Below, in pieces: positions 7,659 to 13,832 of a DNA stretch of 13,832 nt; position 1 is the stretch's first letter; every line of letters starts with the position of its first letter. The position numbers and the translations under genes were made by a program. The stretch is taken from NCBI GenBank assembly GCA_965369655.1, contig CBDUQR010000058.1, positions 1 through 13,832 of the forward strand. Reading direction: 5' to 3'. The notes below the pieces were generated by a model. It was not told the origin of the DNA. It ran no database searches and saw nothing but the letters and a program-made list of their open reading frames with translations. This DNA comes from an uncultured bacterium. Lineage in GTDB: Bacteria > Zixibacteria > MSB-5A5 > JAABVY01 > JAHJOQ01.

Positions 7659-7687
7659 AGCTTACGGACTTGCACGCTACATGTCAA
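7659..7687 (-). promoter_or_regulatory. sigma70-type promoter of tRNA-Arg
   Basis: TTGACA (7687-7682), N17, TAAGCT (7664-7659), 12 nt upstream of the mature 5' end. Confidence 0.7.
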
Positions 7688-7713
7688 CAGAAAAGAGGGA
7701 GCACGTATGAATA

Positions 7714-7738
7714 TGGGAGCCGCCCGGTGCGACTCCCA
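7714..7738 (-). terminator. Stem-loop downstream of the dockerin-type gene (possible terminator)
   Basis: TGGGAGTCGC-ACCGG-GCGGCTCCCA on the minus strand, followed only by a weak T tract (TATTC). Confidence 0.4.
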
Positions 7739-7764
7739 CGTTGTGTCTGAGTTTCTTGCAATAT

Positions 7765-8775
7765 CTAACAGTCAGCTATCTCATCTCCATCCGGATCGCA
7801 CGGTGCGTTACCGCCACCGAAGATGTAGTTGATCAGGTAGACAACATCATCGATATCGACATTCCCAGAACAGTCAACATCTCCTATCTCAAGTGGATCT
7901 GGCGCTGGACCGCCACCAAAGATGTAGTTGATCAGGAAGACTATATCATCGATATCGACTGCACCGCTGGCATCCGCGTCGCCGCATATGGGAACTCCCG
8001 GATTAATGTCCCAGCCGGATATCCGCGCCATCATCCACCACCACGCTTTTCCTTTCAGGTAGCAATTGAAGCAGTGTGAATGCGCACAGCTACCGCAGGT
8101 TGGGCATGTATGCACGGCGCACCAGTCATAGCACCAGTAGCAATAGTCCGTTTCGTCTGGATAATAGTTACCGTCAGGGTCATAGCTTTCGATGTCTGCG
8201 AAATCGAAGAGTATTTTGTCATTGGCGGAACAGTAATCTCGTATCTGGTTGTTGCGTACATACAGATTCCCGTCGGGTCCCCCTCCGTCGAGGTGTCCCG
8301 TCATGTATATGAATGTAACATCCGGATAATCTGCTTCGAGTTCCTCCATCTTGTTCAGATAGATATTGATTCCTTCTTCGGTGTTATCAGATGCTCCACC
8401 GCACCATGAAAACATCGCCATGTTGCATTCGGGGTACGTGTCCAGATAATATCGAGTATGCGGCACCCATGATGTGTCGCCGTTGTGACCCAGATCATCG
8501 GAACGCTCGTAGAAATATGGCGGGTCGTAGTCGTCGTTCTCGACGTGGACCATCGTTATTCCAGTCATGATCTGACTACCGTGCGATGTGTGAACGTAAT
8601 AGATTCTGTAGTCGATTTCTATAGCCTCAATAACAGAAAGAGGGATGGAATCGAATTCACCAACTGCTATGTGGTCAGCAATGATTACCTCAGCATTAGC
8701 AGGCGACATTGACAAGACAGAGCCGATGCAAAATAGCACAAGAGCGACGCCTGTTGTGAGATTTCCTTTTCTCAT
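7765..8775 (-). CDS. Secreted protein with an unknown (possibly SGNH-like) N-terminal domain, a Cys/His-rich segment and a C-terminal dockerin type I-like repeat pair (336 aa)
   Basis: AGGGAGG RBS and a signal peptide ending ANA. Two repeats, GDADASGAVDIDDIVFLINYIFGGG and GDVDCSGNVDIDDVVYLINYIFGGG. HTSHGSQI motif. Confidence 0.8.
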   Translation of the reverse strand: MRKGNLTTGVALVLFCIGSVLSMSPANAEVIIADHIAVGEFDSIPLSVIEAIEIDYRIYYVHTSHGSQIMTGITMVHVENDDYDPPYFYERSDDLGHNGDTSWVPHTRYYLDTYPECNMAMFSWCGGASDNTEEGINIYLNKMEELEADYPDVTFIYMTGHLDGGGPDGNLYVRNNQIRDYCSANDKILFDFADIESYDPDGNYYPDETDYCYWCYDWCAVHTCPTCGSCAHSHCFNCYLKGKAWWWMMARISGWDINPGVPICGDADASGAVDIDDIVFLINYIFGGGPAPDPLEIGDVDCSGNVDIDDVVYLINYIFGGGNAPCDPDGDEIADC

Positions 8776-8942
8776 GATTCCTCCCTATTTGAATATCTGT
8801 TGTGCAGTGCCAAAATTGATTTGAAGAGAACGGCTGCTGCTTTTCAATATAACGCATGGTATATCAGGCGCAATATGTAATCGTAGTAGAGGTATGTAAA
8901 AGTTGTAAGGAAGTCGTCGAATGCGGAGCGATTCGGATGTGA

Positions 8943-9377
8943 TTAGTCGGCGTTCATTCCTTCCTGCAGGCGTGTCTCGTTCAACTTGTATATCGCGTCG
9001 AGAATCCCATTTATGAAACCTGCGGAATCAATCGTCGAGTATTTCTTGGCCATCTCGATAGCCTCATTGATCGATACCTTTGCAGGGATATCAGGGAAAT
9101 AGAAGAGCTCGCAAATCGCTATGCGAAGGATGTTCTTATCAACGATAGCCACACGTTCGAGGTCCCAGTTAGCGGCGTGAACGGTAATGTGGTGGTCGAT
9201 CTCATCGAGACTGCTGACAATCGTTCTGTAAAGGTTCGACGCAAACTCGAGGGTTTCGACATCCTGACTCGATCCACCGCATGTCTGCTCGAATACCTGG
9301 TCGCTGTTGCCTCCGAGGCTTTCGTAAGCGTAGAGGCATTTCAGGACCAATTCTCTGGCGCGAGTTCTTCTCTTCAT
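8943..9377 (-). CDS. nusB: Transcription antitermination factor NusB (144 aa)
   Basis: [44 protein letters not shown] and FINGILD. True start at ATG 9377 overlaps the ribH stop (ATGA). Confidence 0.96.
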   Translation of the reverse strand: MKRRTRARELVLKCLYAYESLGGNSDQVFEQTCGGSSQDVETLEFASNLYRTIVSSLDEIDHHITVHAANWDLERVAIVDKNILRIAICELFYFPDIPAKVSINEAIEMAKKYSTIDSAGFINGILDAIYKLNETRLQEGMNAD

Positions 9378-9844
9378 ATAGCAAGCTGCTTGTATACGCC
9401 GACCAATTCGATAGCAGTCAGGGCCGAATCGAAACCTCGATTGCCGGCCTTTGTACCAGCCCTTTCTATCGCCTGTTCCAATGTATCGGCAGTGATCAGG
9501 CCGTAAATGACCGGGATGTCCTGCTGGAGCGAAAGGTTTGCGATTGACTTGGAGACTTCGGCGGCGATGAAGTCGAAGTGCGGTGTCTGGCCACGAATCA
9601 CTGCGCCGAGGCAAATGATTGCATCGTAGTCGGTTGTCTTAACCATACGTGCGGCGGCGTACGGCAGCTCGAATGCGCCGGGCACTTTCACCACTGTTAT
9701 CGCTGCTTCGTCCGCCCCGTGACGGGTCAGGCAGTCTATCGCTCCTTCGGTCAGCCTGCCTGTAAGCAGTTCGTTGAATCGACTCACGACGATCCCAAAC
9801 TTCATTCCCTTAGCGTCGAGGTTACCTTCGATGATCTTTGACAT
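9374..9844 (-). CDS. ribH: 6,7-dimethyl-8-ribityllumazine synthase
   Basis: [29 protein letters not shown] and [22 protein letters not shown]. Confidence 0.97.
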   Translation of the reverse strand: MSKIIEGNLDAKGMKFGIVVSRFNELLTGRLTEGAIDCLTRHGADEAAITVVKVPGAFELPYAAARMVKTTDYDAIICLGAVIRGQTPHFDFIAAEVSKSIANLSLQQDIPVIYGLITADTLEQAIERAGTKAGNRGFDSALTAIELVGVYKQLAI

Positions 9845-9864
9845 TAAGATTCTCCTTCTACTCT

Positions 9865-10124
9865 GTGGCCGGCAGACGTCCTGAGGTTATCTCAAAAGTC
9901 CTGTTTTCCAGTAGGTCGGTGTTCCGCAGCAGGCGAAGCCTGCCAGAAACCCGACTCCCGTGCAACAAGATAGAAGTGTCGCGTTTCTCCCCCTTGTTCC
10001 TCGGGGTCGGAACACGACCTACTTTTGAGACAGCTTTTCCTCGTCTGCCGCAGTTAGATGCATCACAACAACGAAGGGGCAGACGAGGACGCATGTCCTG
10101 AGCTTCGAAGGGTCTGCCGCCCAC
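9865..10124. repeat. GTGG-tagged REP doublet (outer REPIN), left REP interrupted by a MITE
   Basis: Removing the insert gives left REP GTGGCCGGCAGAC-GTCCTCGTCTGCCG. The inverted right REP (10124-10078) reads GTGGGCGGCAGAC-[21 nt]-GTCCTCGTCTGCC. Confidence 0.8.
9883..10037. mobile_element. 155-bp non-autonomous MITE-like element with 17-bp imperfect terminal IRs, 4-bp TCCT target duplication and an internal GTAG-REP doublet
   Basis: Left end GAGGTTATCTCAAAAGT versus right-end reverse complement AAAGCTGTCTCAAAAGT (13/17). TCCT at 9879-9882 and 10038-10041. Inverted GTAG-REPs at 9911-9955 and 9978-10022. Confidence 0.82.
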
Positions 10125-10149
10125 GGTATTCGAAATTTCTTTCTGACGG

Positions 10150-11394
10150 TTAAACTGATCCAAACAGGTGACCCATCTTGTCCCGCTTCGTGGCGAGATA
10201 CTTACGGTTGTGCGAATTGGTAGCGAGTACCGTCGGTACGCGCTCGGTGATATTCAGGCCGTGTCCTTCAAGGCCGATCAGCTTCTTCGGATTGTTCGTG
10301 ATCAGCCGAATGCTCGTCAGGCCCAGATCAGCGAGAATCTGCGCGCCGATACCGTATTCGCGAAGATCAGGCTTGAATCCGAGCTTCTTGTTGGCTTCGA
10401 CCGTGTCGAATCCCTGGTCCTGGAGGTGGTAGGCCTTAATCTTGGCTGGAAGGCCAATTCCGCGACCCTCCTGCCTCATGTACAACAGAACGCCTTCGCC
10501 CTCGCTCTCGATCATCTTCATGGCGTCGGCAAGCTGGCTCCCGCAGTCGCATCGTTCAGAGCCAAAGACATCGCCAGTGAGGCATTCGGAATGCACTCGC
10601 ACCAAGACGTCATTCTTGCCTTTGACATCGCCTTTCACCGCTGCGATGTGATGCTGGTTGTCGACGAGGGACTCGTAAAGATACAGCCTGAATTGTCCGA
10701 ACCGCGTTGGGAAATCGACATCGGTTACTTTCCGGACAAGCTTCTCGGTTTGTCTGCGCCAGGCGATCAGGTCCTGAATGGTGATGATCTTGAGATCGAA
10801 CTCATCGGCGATCTGTATCAGTCGTGGGACGCGCGCCATCGTGCCGTCATCATCCATGATCTCGCACATGACGCCAACAGGTTCGAGTCCCGCGAGTCTG
10901 GCAAGATCACTCGATGCCTCTGTGTGTCCGGCACGCTTGAGCACGCCGCCGGTTCTCGCCTGTATCGGGAAAATGTGGCCCGGGCGGGCAAGGTCATCCG
11001 GCTTCGAGTCCGGATCGGCCAGCACCGAGATCGTCCTGGCTCGATCAGATGCTGAGATGCCGGTCGTAGTCCCTTCGACGGCATCGACCGAGACAGTGAA
11101 TGCCGTGCTGAGTTTTGCCGTATTGATCTCTGTCTGTGGATGGAGCCTCAGCCTGCTTATCCCGTCGCTCGGCAGCGATACGCAGATCAACCCTCTGCCG
11201 TACTTTGCGAGGAAGTTAACAGCTTCGGGAGTAATCTTCTCAGCCGCAAGTATGAAATCGCCCTCGTTTTCGCGGTCGGGATCGTCGATCACAATCACGA
11301 TCTCGCCGTTTCGTATCGCCTCAATGGCATCTTTTATCGGTGAGAATGCGAACTCCGTTTCGCTCTCGTTCAAAATTGTCAGCTTGTCGCTCAT
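10150..11394 (-). CDS. ribBA: Bifunctional DHBP synthase / GTP cyclohydrolase II
   Basis: DDPDRENEGD, TGISASDRA, RPGHIFP and RAGHTE (RibB). RVHSECLTGDVFGSERCDCG, QEGRGIGL and TNNPKK (RibA). Confidence 0.97.
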   Translation of the reverse strand: MSDKLTILNESETEFAFSPIKDAIEAIRNGEIVIVIDDPDRENEGDFILAAEKITPEAVNFLAKYGRGLICVSLPSDGISRLRLHPQTEINTAKLSTAFTVSVDAVEGTTTGISASDRARTISVLADPDSKPDDLARPGHIFPIQARTGGVLKRAGHTEASSDLARLAGLEPVGVMCEIMDDDGTMARVPRLIQIADEFDLKIITIQDLIAWRRQTEKLVRKVTDVDFPTRFGQFRLYLYESLVDNQHHIAAVKGDVKGKNDVLVRVHSECLTGDVFGSERCDCGSQLADAMKMIESEGEGVLLYMRQEGRGIGLPAKIKAYHLQDQGFDTVEANKKLGFKPDLREYGIGAQILADLGLTSIRLITNNPKKLIGLEGHGLNITERVPTVLATNSHNRKYLATKRDKMGHLFGSV

Positions 11395-11405
11395 GGATAC
11401 CTCTC

Positions 11406-12044
11406 TTAGAAGCCGAGTTCTCTGAGTCTGTCTTCATCAATCTGACTGTGTGGTTCATTTCTGTTCATGTATTTCATCACATACTTGCCGATGAGATCGA
11501 ATTCCAGGTTCACCGAACTGCCGGAGATCAGCCCGGAGAGCGTGGTCATTTTCCATGTAGTCGGTATGACAGCCACGCGCATCATGTTCTTTTCGAGACT
11601 CGCAACCGTCAGGCTGACGCCGTCGATCGTGATCGATCCCTGCGGGACGACAAGATCGACGAACTCGTCAGGGAAAGTTACTTCGATTGTTTTGTCTGCG
11701 GAATCTTTCCGCACGTTTCGCACAGTACCGATGCAGTCGACATGCCCGGAAACGATATGCCCGCCGAGTCTGTCTGTCGGCCTGATCGCCTGTTCGAGAT
11801 TGACCCGGCTACCAGAGGTTAGTCGTCCGAGCGTAGTCTTTTTGAGCGTCTCTCGCACTGTGTCAACTGCGAATGTGTTGCCATCAATCGACACTACGGT
11901 CTGGCATGCGCCGTTGATATCGATGCTTTCGCCGAGCGCAGTTTCAGAGGCGGTCTTTGGCGCCTCGACAATGAGCCTGAGATGCGATGACTCATGTCGC
12001 ACCGAATGGACAATCCCGATCTCAGTGATTATGCCAGTGAACAT
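11406..12044 (-). CDS. ribE: Riboflavin synthase (alpha-type)
   Basis: MFTGII N-terminus, INGACQT, VNLE, LGGHIVSGHVD, GSITIDGVSLT and VNLEFDLIGKY. Confidence 0.96.
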   Translation of the reverse strand: MFTGIITEIGIVHSVRHESSHLRLIVEAPKTASETALGESIDINGACQTVVSIDGNTFAVDTVRETLKKTTLGRLTSGSRVNLEQAIRPTDRLGGHIVSGHVDCIGTVRNVRKDSADKTIEVTFPDEFVDLVVPQGSITIDGVSLTVASLEKNMMRVAVIPTTWKMTTLSGLISGSSVNLEFDLIGKYVMKYMNRNEPHSQIDEDRLRELGF

Positions 12045-12047
12045 GTT

Positions 12048-13130
12048 TTATCTCCACTCCGGATATCCGGTGGTCACAATATCGTCTCCCACTTGTTTGT
12101 ACTTAGCGTCCCGGATTCGTATTGACCTGTCCAGCCCGTCCGTGCCGATGTCCTGCACCGATGGCAGTCCTGTGCCAAGAATAATAGGCGCTGTAAATAT
12201 ATGAATCTTGTCGATCAGCTTGTGAACAAGGAATGAGCTGGTCAGGGCACTACCGCCTGCGAGCAGAATCGAGGCGATTCGTTCACGTGCCGCTCTCATT
12301 AGTATCCCCGTCAGGCTTGGGTAGCCGTCCGAAGACCTGTCGATTTCCCAGACTGTGACGCCATCGAAGCGAGAATAATGCTCGGTTTGATCGGGTGTGC
12401 ATGCCACGATCGTGCGGGCTTTTTCGTTATCTGTGAATACATTGAAGTCCTGCGGCAGAAGCTTCGATCCGGCCACTATGATCCGTTTGGGATGCCTGCC
12501 GTCGACGTGTCGGACAGTAAGCTGCGGGTTGTCCACGCGCACCGTGTTGGCTCCGACCATGACCGCATCGTAGGTCGCGCGCATCCTGTGCACTTCCGTA
12601 CGCGATTCTTTGCATGTGATCCACTGCGAGTGACCGTCCGGCTGCGCGATCCTGCCGTCGGAGGTCTGTGCGATCGACAGCACGACATAAGGCAGTTGAG
12701 TAGTGACGAATTTAAGGAACGGTTCATTCAGTTCCTTCGCTTCATCTTCCATCAATCCGATCTCGACATCGACGCCTGCCGCGCGCAGCTTGGCGAATCC
12801 TTTGCAGTCGACTTTCGGATTCGGATCGTGTATCGCCGCTACGACTCGTCTGATGCCGACTCTGATGATCGCATCGGCGCAGGGAGGATTCTTGCCGAAG
12901 TGGCCGCATGGTTCGAGGTTGGTGTAAATCGTTCCACCTTTGCACCTGTCGCCAGCTTCCCGTATTGCGGAAGCTTCGGCATGGGGTGCGCCATATTCTG
13001 CGTAGTAACCGGTGCCGACAACCTCGCCGTCGTTTACGATGACAGCCCCCACGAGCGGATCGGGCGAGACCCTGCCGGTTGCCTTTGCCGCCAACTCAAG
13101 GGTTATGGCCATGTATTCAGCGTCATTCAT
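12048..13130 (-). CDS. ribD: Bifunctional pyrimidine deaminase / reductase RibD
   Basis: HAE...LEPCGHFGKNPPC Zn-deaminase motifs. DGRIA, SQWIT, DNPQLTVR and APIILG reductase motifs. Confidence 0.95.
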   Translation of the reverse strand: MNDAEYMAITLELAAKATGRVSPDPLVGAVIVNDGEVVGTGYYAEYGAPHAEASAIREAGDRCKGGTIYTNLEPCGHFGKNPPCADAIIRVGIRRVVAAIHDPNPKVDCKGFAKLRAAGVDVEIGLMEDEAKELNEPFLKFVTTQLPYVVLSIAQTSDGRIAQPDGHSQWITCKESRTEVHRMRATYDAVMVGANTVRVDNPQLTVRHVDGRHPKRIIVAGSKLLPQDFNVFTDNEKARTIVACTPDQTEHYSRFDGVTVWEIDRSSDGYPSLTGILMRAARERIASILLAGGSALTSSFLVHKLIDKIHIFTAPIILGTGLPSVQDIGTDGLDRSIRIRDAKYKQVGDDIVTTGYPEWR

Positions 13131-13132
13131 AT

Positions 13133-13161
13133 AAAAAAACCCGAAGACTATATCTTCGGGG
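13133..13161 (-). terminator. Riboswitch-controlled intrinsic terminator
   Basis: Minus strand CCCGAAGA-TATAG-TCTTCGGG-TTTTTTT, ending 2 nt before the ribD ATG. Confidence 0.88.
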
Positions 13162-13197
13162 AATACAATACAAGAACCCTCATAAGGTTCCTGCGTG

Positions 13198-13323
13198 CCT
13201 TCTCCCGTCCGGACTTTACCGTCGGTACCTGGATTTCACAGGTTCAGCAGAGATTCACTTTGTGATGTCTCTGCTCGCGGACTTTAACCGCCGGTCGAGG
13301 AATTGCACCTCACCCCGAAGACT
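13198..13323 (-). ncRNA. FMN riboswitch (RFN element) aptamer
   Basis: Minus strand TCTTCGGGGTGAGGTGCAATTCCTCGACCGGCGGTTAAAGTCCGCGAG...GTGAAATCC...CCGACGGTAAAGTCCGGACGGGAGAAG matches the RFN consensus, upstream of the rib operon. Confidence 0.97.
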
Positions 13324-13335
13324 ATGTCAGAGCGT

Positions 13336-13363
13336 ATTTTAGTATGAATTCTTGAAAAGTCAA
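13336..13363 (-). promoter_or_regulatory. sigma70-type promoter of the rib operon
   Basis: TTGACT (13363-13358), N16, TAAAAT (13341-13336), just upstream of the riboswitch. Confidence 0.6.
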
Positions 13364-13476
13364 GAAGTTTCGACGTGTATTCAGATCATCAATATTGGGT
13401 TTGACCGGTTGCCATCCTTTAGGGCTTGTTGAAAAAGGTGATGAGTATGGGATCCCAAGCGACCACCATATCTCAC

Positions 13477-13575
13477 TGTCATTGCGAGCGATCGAAGGGA
13501 GCGTGGCAATCTCGTGTTTGGTGTCACATTGCATGAACTTAGATCACCACGTCGCTGTCGCTCCTCGTGATGACG
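13477..13575. repeat. TGTC/CGTC-tagged palindromic repeat doublet
   Basis: TGTCATTGCGAG...GTGGCAATCT...AGATCACCAC...CTCGTGATGACG: imperfect inverted ends. Confidence 0.75.
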
Positions 13576-13588
13576 GGAGTCAAGCTTA

Positions 13589-13661
13589 TGTCATCCCGGT
13601 GAAAACCGGGAACCATCTTTTCTTGGACATGTGGATGGGCACCGGCTTTCGCCGGTGTGAC
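13589..13661. repeat. Second TGTC-tagged palindromic repeat doublet
   Basis: TGTCATCCCGGTGAAAACCGGGAACCAT...ATGGGCACCGGCTTTCGCCGGTGTGAC. Confidence 0.75.
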
Positions 13662-13713
13662 TGCGTGGGGCAGTTTTGTAGGGAAGATGTCACCAACACC
13701 TATCGATATTCTT

Positions 13714-13740
13714 CGCAGGAGTGGGGCACTCCTGCGCTAC
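13714..13740 (-). repeat. GTAG-tagged REP, same family as 5456-5481
   Basis: CGCAGGAGTG-GGG-CACTCCTGCG-CTAC has a perfect 10-bp stem and shares CGCAGG and CACTCCTGCGCTAC with 5456-5481. Confidence 0.8.
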
Positions 13741-13832
13741 TTTGCTCCCGACCGTAGCCGTAAGGCAAGGGAGTAGATCTGATCTTCCCCCGCTATAACG
13801 GACATGTTAAGAAGATAGTGTTTGCAGTCGCT

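Noticed and set aside
7810-7960. DNA direct repeat (CCGCCACC.AAGATGTAGTTGATCAGG.AGAC) as a CRISPR or DGR-like repeat
   Set aside because: Only two copies, and they correspond to the two in-frame dockerin repeats.
8060-8150. Possible c-type heme-binding motifs in the Cys-rich segment
   Set aside because: The motifs are CxxCG, CxxCAH and CxxCY; there is no canonical CxxCH.
9378-9614. N-terminal extension of the nusB ORF
   Set aside because: It overlaps ribH out of frame. NusB similarity starts at ATG 9377.
9858-10163. 101-aa ORF (and the 87-aa opposite-strand ORF) between ribBA and ribH
   Set aside because: Explained by the nested palindromic repeats; no protein-like features.
13395-13757. 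120-aa and 70-aa ORFs upstream of the riboswitch
   Set aside because: They run through palindromic repeats and the promoter; likely spurious.

Overview
Bacterial chromosomal window. The dockerin-type repeat suggests candidate phylum Zixibacteria or a relative (inference only). From left to right it holds: two divergent, signal-peptide-bearing peptidases (M14 zinc carboxypeptidase and C1B/PepC cysteine aminopeptidase) with back-to-back sigma70 promoters; a ~4 kb accessory block downstream of tRNA-Arg(CCG); a secreted Cys-rich dockerin-type protein; and an FMN-riboswitch-controlled ribD-ribE-ribBA-ribH-nusB operon. The accessory block contains a coupled PRTase + DprA-like pair (ShosTA/DprA-PRTase-like anti-phage module), a Zn-ribbon + PIN-like orphan and a 26-aa membrane peptide ORF. 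Intergenic regions are rich in GTAG/GTTG/GTGG- and TGTC-tagged palindromic (REP-like) repeats. The most striking is a nested element between ribBA and ribH: a 155-bp MITE with terminal inverted repeats and a TCCT target duplication, which carries a GTAG-REP doublet and sits inside another REP. A second, truncated copy with a swapped hairpin cassette lies at 77-214. RibD lacks two normally conserved reductase residues (K152S, E291A).
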